This document shows positions 51,075 to 64,000 of a stretch of DNA of 64,000 bases, in pieces. Each line of letters starts with the position of its first letter. The stretch's first letter is position 1. The notes under the pieces are model-generated. The model saw only the letters and a program-made list of their open reading frames with translations, was not told the DNA's origin and did no database searches. The DNA is taken from NCBI GenBank assembly GCA_030390025.1, contig CM059432.1, forward strand, positions 83,206,001 through 83,270,000. Direction: 5' to 3'. This stretch comes from Squalus acanthias. Lineage: Eukaryota. Made by a program: the position numbers and the translations under genes.

Positions 51075-52820
51075 CTCCTCTCTCTGCTGGCCTTAAGTCT
51101 GAAATGAGTTTAGACGGTCTCGATTCAGATTTTAGCAGATGTGAGCCCATAGCACAGAACAGCCCACAAGTTAGCCTTAAATGTGCAGTCTGATTTGAGA
51201 GTTCACTTGCATGGGTAGTGTGGGAAATTGAAATGGAATAGATGGTGCTCTCCTGAGGCTGGAGTTAAGGCACATTGCTGAAGTAATGTAGGGGAGCTTT
51301 AGGGGATACGTTATACCTTCCCTTGAGACTGGATGCCCAAAATGGAAAAATGTTTGATTTCTAGCATTGTGCTACCATGCAGAGCACACTTAAAAAAAAA
51401 AAAGTTTTCAACTGTGTTCCCAGGTTAGGGGGCAGAGGGGGAAACAAATAACCAGGACTCTTGAGCTTGCTGGCTATCCAGTGAGCTCCAGCAGAAAGCG
51501 CTGGTCTGTGGATGTTGTGCGAGGGCAGGTTTGGACTTGGCTGTGATACCCTCATGGGTAAATAGCTTGCCAACACTCACTATTTGGGCACACACATGAC
51601 CACTTGGGTGCTGTATAAGCTGTGGAACCGTACATCTACAAGACAGGAGGAGAAAATTGAAGGTAAAGAAAGAAGTTTTCATTAATAAAATCTGAGTTGA
51701 CTGGGTGGCACAGAGGGATCAGAATCTAGGCCAGACTGATGGAATGAAAGTCTCTTGCTGGCTATAACAGTCCAAGTGAAATAAATTTAGATAATCTGTA
51801 CCCAGTTCTTAGTTGGGTCAGATATATATTTATCCAATGAACATTTTTTCAAACAAATCAATTAGTTAAACTCACTCTGTTGAGGCTCACCTGATTGCTC
51901 TGTGAGTAAACATACTGTGTGGAATGAATTTCAGGAAGTTCGCTCGTTCAATCCCTGATCTGTGCTGAATTAGTTTATGTCAGCAGTAGGGACATTACCA
52001 TTGACCTCTTTGTCCCTGTGTGGGGGAGAGAAAACCTGGGTCAGGAGTTCCCAAAAGTGTGCAAGTGTGGAGCAAGGTGAGAACCGAATTGGGCTTGGCT
52101 TTGACATCCCACAATATAGGTTCTGATCTGGGGCCACTTCTGTTCACTTTACACGTCAATGAAATTTGAGATGATACTAAAATGGGAGGCATAATGAATA
52201 ATTCTGAGGATCAAAGGAAGCTACAAGTGTATATTGATAAGATGGTGGACTGAGCAAAAAATGTATCAGATGGAATTCAATGTCACTAAATGTGAGGTGG
52301 TAAAAAAAACAACAGTTATAATTATACTTTGAGTGGGAGACTGCTGGATACTGTGGAAGAGAAGACAGATTTGGGAGTTCAGGTTCACAAGGCATGAAAA
52401 GCAGCAGCTCAAGTGATAAGGCCATAAAGAAAGCTAATGTAATCCTGGGTTTGATGGGAAAGAAGTATAGAATATTAAAGTCAAGATGGAATAGTGAATC
52501 TATATAAAACCGTTGAAGTTGGAGTACTGTGTATAGTTTTGAAAGGGTGGGCATAGAAGGTGTACAGCACAGATTCACTAGGATACTGCCATGTATGAGG
52601 AAATACAAATACAAAGAAAGTTTTCAAAAATGGGGCTGTTTTTGTTACAGAACATTGGAGATTAAGGGGTGATTTGATAGAGGTGTTTAAAATTATGAAG
52701 GAATGAGCCAGAGTAGATAGAAACAAACTGTTTCCAGTGATACAGATAAGATTAAATGTAAGAGGTTTAGGACAGAGAGCAGGAGAAACTTTTTTACACA
52801 GAGGGTTGTGAGTCTGCACT

Positions 52821-53273
52821 AAAAGAAAGACTTGCATTTATATAGCACCTTTCACGACCACCGGTCGTCTCAAAGCGCTTTACAGCCAATGAAGTACTTT
52901 TGAAGTGGAGTCACTGTTGTAATGTAGGAAATGCGGCAGCCAATTTGCGCTCAGCAAGGTCCCACAAACAGCAATGTGATAATGATCAGATAATCTGTTT
53001 TTGTTATGTTGGTTGAGGGATAAATATTGGCCAGTCCCCTGCTCTTCTTCGAAAATAGTGCCACGGGATCTTTTAAGTCCACCTGAGAGAGCAGACGGAG
53101 CCTCGATTTAATGTCTCATCCGTAAGACGGCACCTCCGACAATGCAGCACTCCCTCAGCACTGCACTGGAGTGTCAGCCTAGCTTTATGTGCTCAAGTTC
53201 CTGGAGTGGGACTTGAACCCACAACCTTCTGACTCCAGAGGCAAGTGTGCTACCAACTGAGCCACAGCTGACA
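52821..53273 (-). mobile_element. tRNA-derived SINE, DeuSINE/SacSINE1-like, full length
   Basis: Pol III A box TGGCTCAGTTGG and B box GGTTCAAGTCC at the head; 3' tail GGTGCTATATAAATGCAAGT shared with the L2 copies here; CACT duplicated at both flanks. Family name recalled from memory, not searched. Confidence 0.75.
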
Positions 53274-53304
53274 CTACCAGAGTTAGTGCTTGAATCAGAG
53301 ACAA

Positions 53305-56251
53305 GGGCCAGGATTTTGTGAATGAAGATGTGCTGGAGGCGGGACTGCTGGTTGTCAGGTTTCAGTCCCGCCCCCAGCGACGTCTGACGAACGCACGCTA
53401 TTTTCCCTTGATTGGCCTTGTTAAGCCCGCCTTGCAGGTTTAGCCGGCCAATTAAGGGAAAGCTGGTGACAGAGGACGTCAGTGTATGACGTTTCATCTG
53501 TCGAAAATTATTTGACAGATGAATTGTCAGCGTTTGGCAGCTTTGAGAAGCTGTCAAACACTGACAATCTCTGTTCTAAGGTGAGCCCTTGCACAAAGAT
53601 TCACCAAAACCTCTCTCCTCAGCAGAAAGCAGATGGCTGCTGCATCTGAGAATGCAGCAGCCATTCTGTCATCTCTGCTGTTGAAATGAGGCACCTCCGG
53701 ATCCCCAAGGGTTGAAGCCTGCAGGAAGAAGCAAAGGTAAGTAAATCATAGAATCATAGAAAGTTACAGCACGGAAGGAGGCCATTTCGGCCCATCGTGT
53801 CCACGCCGGCCAACAAAGAGCTATCCAGCCTAATCCCAGCTCTTGGTCCGTAGCCCTGCAGGTTACAGCATCCCAAGTGCACATCCAAGTACTTTTTAAA
53901 AGTGGTTAGTGTTCCTGCCTCTACCACCCTTTCAGGCAGCGAGTTCCAGACCCCCACAACCCTCTGGGTGAAGAAATTTCCCCTCAAATCCCCTCTAAAC
54001 CTTCCACCAATTACTTTAAATCTGTGCCCCCTGGTTTTTGACCCCTCTGCTAAGGGAAATAGGTCCTTTCTATCCACTTTATCTATGCCCCTCATAATTT
54101 TATACACCTCAATAAGGTCTCCCCTCAGCTTCCTCTGTTCCAAGGAAAACAGACCCAGCCTATCCAGTCTTTCCTCATAGCTAAGATTCTCTACTCCCGG
54201 CAACATCCTTGTAAATCTCCTCTGTACCCTCTCCAGTGCAATCACATCTTTCCTGTAATGTGGTGACCAGAACTGCACGCAGTACTCTAGCTGAGGCCTA
54301 ACTACTGTTTTATACAGTTGAAGCATAACCCCTCTGCTCTTGTATTCTATGCCACGGCTAATAAAGGCAAGCATTCCGTATGCCTTCTTAACCACCTTAT
54401 CTACTTGGCCTGCTACCTTCAGGGATCTGTGGACATGCACTCCAAGGTCCCTTTGTTCCTCTACACTACTCAGTGTCCTACTGTTTAATGTGTATTCCCT
54501 TTCCTTGTTAGCCCTCCCCAAACGCATTACCTCACACTTCTCCAGATTGAATTCCATTTGCAACTGTTCTGCCCACCTGACCAATTTATTGATATCTTCC
54601 TGCAGTCCACAGCTTCCTTCTTCAGTATCAACCACACAGCCGATTTTAGTATCATCTGCAAACTTCTTAATCATACCCCCTATATTCAAGTCAAGATCGT
54701 TAATATATACCACAAAAAGCAAGGGACCTAGTACTGAGCCCTGCGGAACCCCACTGGAAACAGCCTTCCAGTCACAAAAACACCCATCAACCATTACCCT
54801 CTGCTTCCTGCCTCCGAGCCAGTTTTGAATCCAACTTGACACTTTGCCCTGGATCCCATGGGCTTTCAACTTCGTGACCAGTCTGCCATGTGGAACCTTA
54901 TCAAAAGCCTTGCTAAAGTCCATATACACTACATCAAACGCACTACCCTCATCTACCCTCCTTGTTACCTCCTCAAAAAATTCAATCAAGTTTTTCAGAC
55001 ACGACCTTCCCTTAACAAATCCGTGCTGACTATCCTTGATTAATCCGTGTCTTTCTAAATGAAGATTTATCCTGTCCTTCAGAATTCTTTCCAATAATTT
55101 TCCCACCACTGAGGTTAGGCTGACTGGCCTGTAATTACTCGGTCTATCCTTTTTTCCCTTTTTAAACAAGGGTACCACATTAGCAGTCCTCCAGTCCTCC
55201 GGCACCACACCTGAAGCCAGAGAGGATTGAAAAATGATGGTCAGGGCCTCTGTTATTTCCTCTTTTGCTTCACTTAACAGTCTGGGATACATTTCATCCG
55301 GGCCTGGGGATTTATCCACTTTTAAAGCTGCTAAACCCCTTAATACTTCCTCTCTCACTATGTTTATTTCATCTAATATTTCACACTCCTCCACCCCGAT
55401 AGCAATGTCTGCTTTGCCCCTCTCCTTTGTGAAAACAGATGCAAAGTATTCATTAAGAACCCTACCGACATCTCCCGCCTCCACACACAGATTACCCTCA
55501 TGATCTCTAATAGGCCCTATCCTTTCTTTAGTTATCCTCTTACTCTTAATATATTTAAAGAACATCTTTGGGTTTTCCTTGATTTTACTTGCCAAGAATT
55601 TGTCATGCTCTCTCTTTGCTTTCCTAATATCATTTTTAATTGCACTCCTGCACTTTCTGTACTCCTCTAAAGATTCTGGAGTATTTAGCCCTCGGTATCT
55701 GTCATATGCCTCCCTTTTTTTCTTTATCCTACTCTGTATGTCTCTAGGCATCCGGGGGCTCTAGATTTGTTAGCCCCACCTTTTTTCTTTAAGGGCACAT
55801 GTTTGGTCTGAACCCTCCGGATCTCCTCCTTGAATGCCTCCCACTGCTCTGACATTTTTTCTAACACTTTATACTCACCTCTCATACTTACCTGTCCACA
55901 CTTGCACCCATCACTCACCTCTACAGCTGACATCTGGACCCCTCTCACCCCTGCAGACCCACTGCTCGCCTCGCTGACACTAGCGGGGTTTCCCGATGTC
56001 GGGAAGCCTACACTTGCAGGGGTAAAATGGGGATAAGCCTCTTAACTGCCTGTTAACTACCTGTTAACAGGCAGTTAATTGGCTCTAATCCCTTCCCGCC
56101 TCGAGGAGATGGGTCCCTGCGTGAGTCGGGGACCCGCCTCCAGGGAAGATGGTTCGGAGGCGGGTTGGGAGCGGGGTTGGGACCCGCTCCCAATTTTTCC
56201 CACCAGTCCCGCCTCCAAACCTGCCTCCTCAGGGCTGGTAAAATCCAGCCC
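53305..56251. mobile_element. Harbinger-type MITE (family of 28993-29903) split by a CR1 insertion
   Basis: Colinear with 28993-29903 on both sides of the CR1; ends GGGCCAGGATTTT / AAAATCCAGCCC; TSD CAA/CAT. Confidence 0.8.
53745..55852 (-). mobile_element. young CR1 with an uninterrupted 2-kb RT ORF (53754-55751), 5'-truncated
   Basis: 665 codons without a stop; all RT motifs present; TTCTATGA tail. Confidence 0.96.
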
Positions 56252-56921
56252 CATGTCCACATTTAACAATAGGTTAGATAGGTTGAAGAAAAAAAAAAGT
56301 AAAGGGATATGAGAACAGAGCAGCACGTGATTAGGACTACTGGAGGATAAACAGCAACATGGACAGTTTGAGCCAAATGGCCTGTTCCTGTGTTGTAATT
56401 ACTATGTAATTCTATCTAAAGTAGATTGCTGATGCTCGCTATCAATGATGGGGTGAGGTAGCAGAGGGCTTCTGCTTAGCATAATTTTCTATCTTTAAAA
56501 AAGGAGTAAGGGTTTGCATTGATTAATTTCAGTAGTAGATTAACTGGTGGGATTGGGCTGGATAGCTCTATTTCAACCGGCGCAGACACGATGGGCCAAA
56601 TGGCCTCCTTCTGTGCCATAAAATTCTATAATTTTATGGTGAATCAGATTTTGAAAAATATCCTATTGTGAAGCTAAAAGCACTCTGCTTTCCACAGCAG
56701 AAATGTTGACATTATAAAATAGTTATTTAATATTTAGCACAAGTAGAAAGCAGAAAGAAGACAGGAAAAGTGCAGTATTGATTTCTAATGTGTGCAGAAA
56801 TTGTACTGGAAATAAAAACCATATACTCCCTCTCATATGACATCACAGTGACAAACCAAAGGTTTCCTTTACATCGGTTACTGATGCACTTATCAGATTT
56901 TACTTGTAGCCATGACATATT

Positions 56922-57584
56922 GGGTTAGATTTTATCTCCCACCACTCAGCAGGGACAGAGCAATAGTGCCCACAAAATTGTGGGGATACACTTGCTGTTC
57001 CGTTCCCGCTCCATTCCTGCCCACCGCCATTTTCTCAGGGGCCTCCGCATGGCTGGCCTATACACCTGACTGGTTCAGGCAGGAGCCTAATTCTAAAATG
57101 CTAATCAGAGCCCTGTGGCTAATGTAGGATGCCAGGTACCCAGTAGAGAAGCAAGCTCCGTGCATGCTTTGCCCATATGTACCAAGCATTGAGCAGCCTA
57201 ACCAACGATTCTTAAAGGGACCATTGCAGGCTGCTCTAAAACTAGTTAAGTTTGTTTTAAAAAGATTTTTCTAGGGTCAAAAGGAGTGTGAATGTTCCTC
57301 CTGGCCCCACAAAAATCGTGACACCCACTGCTGGTCCATCTGTGCACCGCCCCTGCCCCCCCAACCAAGCAGAAAGAACCTCATGCTTGGCTTCTTGGAG
57401 GAACTGCCGGATTTCTCTCTCACTCTGATCAGCCAGTTACCTGTGAGCTCCAGTTCAGCACTCATAGCTCACCAATCAAATATAAATGAGGGCCTGCCTT
57501 CAAAATGGGTCGGACATCGTGCCAAGGCTATCTAGTGTGTGCTGCACTGCCCACCTGATGTCCGCTCGGGTTTAAATCGCCCCC
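56922..57584. mobile_element. degenerate Harbinger-type MITE
   Basis: Termini GGGTTAGATTTT / TAAATCGCCCCC; TSD ATT/ATC. Confidence 0.5.
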
Positions 57585-58798
57585 ATCCTCTATATCATAT
57601 ATCACAGAGAAACAAAAGGTGACAGATTCACAGGTATAATAACACCACATTTTAGAATGGAACTATTTTCACACAAGAAGGTAGATACTCTGAGTCTTTG
57701 CCAGTCACTAGCACATACAGGAAAATGGACAGTGAGTGAGAATTCAGAAAATCTACCCTTACGCGTCTACAGTGGTTAGTTTTAGAACATGACAATTATT
57801 CTCCTCTCATGGCTTAGTTGCTAAATGTAATGCCTGGTGTGATACAAAGTCACACAGATCAATTAGGTCACATTCAGTTCCTGGTCTATGCTGGGTTAGG
57901 TGAACTTAGTTGGGGCATTGTAATTGGTCTCAGACGTTCTGCTGTCAGGGAAAAATTAGACTGGGTTCATGCTTGGCTGTAATGGTCCCATATTCAAATT
58001 GTCTGTTGCTATTGTATAGGCTTACACATGAGCAAAAAAACCCCACTGAGCTGCTACAAGTTCTTAGAACTGCATAATGCAAATGATTCTAAAAATAACT
58101 ACTGCAGATATCCTGTGTACTGAATCTCCAACTCTACACTCTGACAGCTAACACGACAATTATACTGACATCCGGTAGCACCGTAACACATAGAATTACA
58201 TAGAATCTACAGCGCAGAAACAGGCCGTTTGTTCCAACTGGTTTATGCCAGTGTTTATACTCCACACCAGACTTTTCCTCCCACCCTGCCCCATATCCCT
58301 CTATTCGCTTTTCCTTCATGTACGCATTAAATCGCCCCTTAAACATGTCAATGCTGCACTACCAGTCATGCAAAAGCAAGAGGCTTTTCAGTAACTCTGT
58401 GAATAGTTATCCTTGGGGGCTTTAATATTGTACTTAACTAATCTTAATGCTTGCTATGGTGAGCAAATGTGCCTGAAGAAATATGAAACCACTTAAATGA
58501 AATATGGAGTATTTATGAATTGCTACCGCCAAAGTTAAATCTTGTATGTAAAACTCTTGGTCCATCAGAATACTTAGGGAATAACTTAACTGTTTTAACT
58601 CCAAGTGTGAATTCTTATAACAGTTTTCTTCATAAGTAGGATAAAATCACTTTACTATTACCCTCCAAGTAGTCTGTAAAAAGGTTATTTCTAATAACTT
58701 TACAATTATGCTCTCCAAGTTTTGTAAAGTGGGTACACTTTTGTGTTCTAGTGAAATCTAGATCTGCAAGGCATTAAATTGGTGCCACTGTACACTAT

Positions 58799-61197
58799 GG
58801 CCTGGATTTTGCGGTCAGCGGCAACGTGTTGGCGCTCGCCGCTGACCTTGAAGAAAGTTGCCCACAAACATCTAGCGGCCTCTGTGGCATCAATTTAATC
58901 TTTCCCAACATTAATTTCATTCTGCCGCCAACTCAAGGCGATCTCCAACATCCAGCAACAGTGATTGGCAAAGGAGGAACTGACGCAACTCAATATCTCT
59001 AAGGATATGGTGTTAAGGAAGCTAAAGGGATTGAAGGCGGACAAATCCCCAGGGCCTGATAACATACATCCTAGGGTACTGAGGGAGGTGGCCCTAGAGA
59101 TAGCGGATGCACTAAGTATGATTTTTCAGAATTCATTAGACTCGGGAACAGTGCCCATGGATTGGAGGGTAGCTAACGTTACCCCACTATTCAAAAAGGG
59201 GGGTAGGGAAAAAGCAGGTAATTACAGACCTGTAAGCCTTACATCAGTTGTGGGCAAAATGCTGGAGTCCATCATTAAGGATGAAATAGCGGAGCACTTA
59301 GCAAATGGGGACAGGATAGGACAGAGTCAACATGGATTTACAAAGGGTAAATCGTGCTTGACTAATCTATTGGAATTTTTTGAGGGAGTAACTGGTAAAA
59401 TAGATGGGGGAGAGCCAGTAGATGTGGTGTACCTGGACTTCCAAAAGGCCTTCGACAAGGTCCCACATAAAAGATTAGCATGGAAAATTGAAGCTCATGG
59501 GATAAAGGGGAAAGTATTGACGTGGATAGAGAACTGGCTGTCAGATAGAAAACAGAGAGTTGGAATAAACGGCTCATTTTCTGAATGGCAGGCAGTAACA
59601 AGTGGGGTACCACAGGGATCTGTCCTGGGTCCCCAGCTGTTCACAATTTACATTAATGACCTGGATCAGGGAGTCGGATGCAGCATTTCCAAATTTGCAG
59701 ACGACACTAAACTAGGAGGGGGGGTGGGCTCAGAGGAGGAGACCAGGAAGCTCCAGAGCGATTTGGACAGACTGGGTGATTGGGCGGATAAATGGCAGAT
59801 GCACTATAATGTGGACAAGTGCGAAGTTATCCACCTTGGGTGCAGGAACGGGAGGGCAAATTATTATTTAAATGGCAATAAATTGGGAGAGGGGGAAGTA
59901 CAGAGAGACCTGGGTGTTCTTGTACACCAGTCACTGAAGGCGAGCATGCAGGTGCAACAGGCGGTCAAGAAGGCAAACGGTATGCTGGCCTTCATAGCAA
60001 AAGGGTTGGAATACAGGAACAGGGATACCTTGCTGCAGCTGTACAGGGCACTGGTGAGACCACACCTCGAGTACTGTGTACAGTTTTGGTCGCCTCATCT
60101 GAGGAAAGATGTTCTTGCCATGGAGGGGGTGCAGCGGCGATTCACCAGGCTGATACCAGGAATGGCGGGATTGACCTATGAGGAGAGACTATGTAGTTTA
60201 GGGATGTACACACTGGAGTTTAGAAGATTGAGAGGGGACCTCATAGAAGTGTATAAAATTCTGACAGGTCTAGACAGACTAGATGCAGAAGGAATGTTTC
60301 CCTTGGCGGGTGAGAACAGAACTAGAGGACATAATTTAAGGATAAGGGCTAAACCATTTAGGACAGAAATGAGGGGGAATTTCTTCACTCAGAGGGTGGT
60401 GAACCTGTGGAACTCATTGCCACAGAGGGCAGTGTACGCCAGCTCATTAAATATATTTAAGAGGGAATTAGATATATTTCTACAGGCAAAAGGGGTTAAG
60501 GGTTACGGAGAGAAGGCGGGGACGGGATACTGAATTGGAGGATCAGCCATGATCTCATTAAATGGCGGAGCAGGCTCGAAGGGCCGGATGGCCTACTCCT
60601 GCTCCTATCTTCTATGTATCTATGTATCTATATGTCATCAAGCTGGCTAAGCAGCCAATCACATTGAAGAATTCTCACAGCCAGCAAACCAAGAAGTAAA
60701 ATACACTGATTCACCTCCATTTTTGATAACTATTACAAAGAGTGAAATAAAGATTGGGACATACACATGGGATTAAGGTAGAAGCTGTAATATCATAAAC
60801 GAACTTAAAAAAATATATATTAAAAACCATGGAATTTTTATCATAATGAAAAAATTTGACATTTCACAAATATAAGATTAGTTTTTCAGGGCCAGGATGG
60901 TTGTTCAGCAGTAGCTTTGACTCACTACACTGTTAAAAACCCAGTTGCACCTCATTGAACAAGGCTTAACTTTTGAGGGTTTTTAGAGCATAAAAACTGA
61001 TGTTCTCCTCAGTTCAGTGATTTCAATTGATTGCCGGCTGTGGGGAGTTCAACAGCAACTGTGATACTGACAGCAACTTCTGGATTTCTGCGTTTAACTG
61101 CGCATGTTCGGACACCAGAAGTTGCTGTCAGTGTCATAGTTGTAATGATAGCAAACGCTGACAGTTTTGCCGTCATTACAACCGCAAATTCTGGGCC
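58799..61197. mobile_element. Harbinger-type MITE split by a CR1 insertion
   Basis: TIR GGCCTGGATTTTGCGG / CCGCAAATTCTGGGCC; TSD TAT. Confidence 0.82.
58966..60631 (+). mobile_element. young CR1 with an uninterrupted RT ORF (to 60533), 5'-truncated
   Basis: 522 codons without a stop; CTATGTAT tandem tail. Confidence 0.96.
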
Positions 61198-61232
61198 TAT
61201 ATGTTTGGAATATCGCTGCTACATAGAAAGCT

Positions 61233-61697
61233 TACATAGGATTACATAGGATATATGGCACAGAAACAGGCCATTTGGCCCAACCAGTGTTTATGCTCCA
61301 TTCGAGCCTCCTCCCGTCTTTCCTCATCTAAATCTATCAGCATAACCCTCTATTCCCTTCTCCCTCAAATGTATGCCCAGCCTCCCCTTAAATGCATCTA
61401 TACTATTCGCTTCAACCACTCCCTGTGATAGTGAGTTCCACATTCTCACCACTCTTTGGGTAAAGAAGTTTCTTCTGAATTCCCTATTGGATTTCTTGGT
61501 GACTATCTTATATTGATGGCCTCTAGTTATGCTCTTCCCCACAAGTGGAAACATTCTCTCTGTATCCACTCTATCAAAACCTTTCATAATTTTATAGACC
61601 TCTATTAGGTCACCCCTCAGCCTTCTTTTTTCCAAGAGAAAAGAGACCCAGCCTGTTCATCCTTTCCTGATATGTATACCCTCGCATTTCTGGTATT
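61233..61697 (-). mobile_element. CR1 3' fragment
   Basis: LEKRRLRGDLIEVYKI...FFTQRVVRMWNSL. Confidence 0.9.
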
Positions 61698-63500
61698 AAT
61701 TTTGTTCAAATGCCAACTTCTTTAAACTGGGATTTGTAAATCTTCCTTTCACACCCAAGCATGGCACAAACATAGATTTATTTATCACTCCACAAATTTA
61801 TAACCAAGAGGTTTGCAGGCGCATAAAACACAACACCAGGAAATCCAATATAACTAAATACTGCGCAACTGAGTTTTTGTAATTTGTAAACACAAATGCA
61901 AAATATTTTCAGAAGGTCTAGTTTAGTAACCAAACACTACTCAACTTTCAAAGGCTAGTAGCTCACAGTAAAATTCTACTACATCCTGTATTATCTCAGG
62001 AGCTGATTTGTAAAACTATACCCCAAAAATCTATCCCTTGGGGAACACCAGATCCAACTCTTTTACATCCTTGTATGTTAGGCAGCAACAAGACTTGCAA
62101 GACAAATAAAGACCACGGTCCTCAATGTAAAAGCTCCTGTGCTCAGTTTAGTTTTCTGTGCTGCTTCAGTATTAAATATAATAGATATCTTTTAAAAAAT
62201 TGTGCGCACTGTAATATTGCTGTTTAAAACTCTCCAGTATTCTACCTTCACATCACTGGGCCTTGTACAACTAATTGAAGAGTCAATTCTAGATATTTGA
62301 GTGATTGACTGCCCATACTTAATTGAGACTTACTCTACCCACAGGTGATATTGAAGGAATCATGAATTTTTTTATATAAGTAGGTGTGTGATGAACTTTT
62401 ACAAGTTGCATCACAGGTATGAAACTTAATACAACCAATTCAAGTACTCAGAATGGTTTCCCCCAGCACTAGCTATGGTGGAATCAGAAATTTGCTTACA
62501 GTGAAGCCATTGATTGGCTCTGCAATATTCATCTTGCACTATGCAGAATACCAAGCAAGCAATAAGTCTCCATTCTCTGCACAGCACCAGTCAGTGGGCA
62601 GAAACCAAGTACTACAGCATTACTTATTTGGGTAAAAAGGGACAGTCACACTCTGTCCAGTGACAAAATGAGATACCACTTACATTATAAGACAGTCCAG
62701 TTCCTAAGCAGAATTTTCTTCTAATGGTATTGGGTAGAAATTGAGTTGCTGCTTAAAAAAAAAGCAGAGGAGAAAAAGCAGAAAAACTAATTATGAAACA
62801 TGTCAGAACATACAAGGGGATAGTTCAGACAGCCAAGAGTAAATTTCTGCTTTTAGAGTTTACAGCACAGGCAAACACCATTTGTCTGTGCCGGTGTTAG
62901 CTCTTCAACAGGAGCTGGTTGAAGAGCTGTAGCTCTTACCTGCCCTTTCCCCATATTTTTACATGCTTTCTTATTCACTCATTCAATTCCATAATAAATG
63001 ATGTTATAGTTGGTATCTTAATAGTCACTTGTAGTAAAGCATTCCACATTCTGACACCTTCTTCTTACAAATAAATATGAACCAATTACTATGAGGTTGG
63101 GATCAATATCTTGATCCTGGACTAACAATCCTTGTAAATAATTTTTGAACAAGTAAAATTAGAATAAAGTAATTTTAATGTAGCTGCATACATGGGAAAT
63201 CTTATCAAGGTGCAGTATAAGTGAGCTGGCAAAAAATGGGTTACTTCTGTGAGTTTTTCAAAATTTTAAGACTTGTGCTCTCACAGAACTACAATGCCAC
63301 TAGCCAGAACTATGTTAGTCAACCAGTGCATGCAAGTTAGTACTAATAATTAACTACAAGTTAACTGCTATTTTAGTAAACACTGATACAAAGTACTCAT
63401 TGAGTATTCTAGCCTTGCCCTGTGCCTCTAAGCATGTATCACCTTCTTTGTCCCTATTAGGCCCCACCCCGCCTCTTACTACCTGCTTACTGTTTACATG

Positions 63501-64000
63501 CCGGTTAGCCTAACATCAGTAGTAGGGAAAATGCTAGAGTCTATTATAAAGGATGTGATAACAGGACACTTCGAAAATATCAATGGGATTAGATAAAGTC
63601 AACATGGATTTATGAAAGGGAAATCGTGTTTGACAAACCTACTGGAGTTTTTTGAGGATGTAACTGGTAGAATAGATAAGGGAGAACCAGTGGATGTGCT
63701 GTATTTGGATTTTCAGAAGGCCTTTGATAAAGTCCCACATAAGAGGTTAGTGTGCAAAATTAAAGCACATGGGATTGGGGGTAATATACTGGCATGGATT
63801 GAAAATTGGTTAACAGACAGGAAACAGAGAGTAGGAATAAATGGGACTTTTTCAGGGTGGCAGGCGGTGGCTAGTGGGGTACCGCAGGGATCAGTGCTTG
63901 GGCCCCAGCTATTCACAATATATATCAATGATTTGGATGAGGGAACCTAATGTAATATTTCCAAGTTTGCTGACGACACAAAACTAGGTGGGATTGTGAG
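63501..64000 (+). mobile_element. CR1 fragment running off the window end
   Basis: Nearly identical to about 5824-6320. Confidence 0.93.

Larger units (their letters stand above)
52140..56415 (+). mobile_element. old CR1 3' half hosting a SINE, a MITE and a younger CR1
   Basis: Decayed RT C-terminus 52140-52820, a short piece at 53274-53304, and 3' end 56252-56415. Confidence 0.65.

Noticed and set aside
49396..51150. Three long Gly/Arg-rich ORFs (456-584 aa)
   Set aside because: Artefact of a stop-free G-rich minisatellite; open in all three frames.
53200..53273. tRNA gene
   Set aside because: The A/B boxes belong to a SINE head continuing into a SINE body and tail.
53754..53830. Extended C-terminus of the 665-aa CR1 ORF
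   Set aside because: Probably read-through into the 3' UTR caused by a small deletion near the normal stop; not a new domain.
38000..64000. LACTB2 or XKR9 exons expected from synteny with TRAM1 in other vertebrates
   Set aside because: I could not find matching peptides by eye; a tBLASTn would be needed to exclude short exons.

Overview
This is vertebrate genomic DNA, most likely from a cartilaginous fish (inferred from the repeat families: CR1, L2, a SacSINE1/DeuSINE-like SINE and Penelope-like elements). The only host gene I can support is TRAM1 on the minus strand. Coding exons 1-9 (884 nt, all GT-AG, phases consistent) run from 22575 down to 3038, with a CpG-island promoter at about 22.1-22.8 kb; the last exons lie left of the window. 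The rest is dense, nested transposon sequence: many CR1 LINEs (two with unbroken RT ORFs), L2s, a second CR1/L2-group LINE, two solo LTRs, a family of PIF/Harbinger-type TIR elements with 3-bp TSDs (one hosting a 1.5-kb G-rich minisatellite) and Penelope-like elements (PLEs). The most striking object is a very young PLE at 34561-37758. It has an intact RT+GIY-YIG ORF, a near-perfect ~900-bp inverted duplication of its 3' end, a 39-nt unduplicated tail, a 12-bp TSD and a minimal hammerhead-ribozyme motif in each arm. Two 150-240-bp non-coding PLE derivatives (4233-4471, 32509-32656) repeat the same inverted-arm + ~35-nt tail + TSD architecture. All calls were made by eye; no database searches or folding computations were run.
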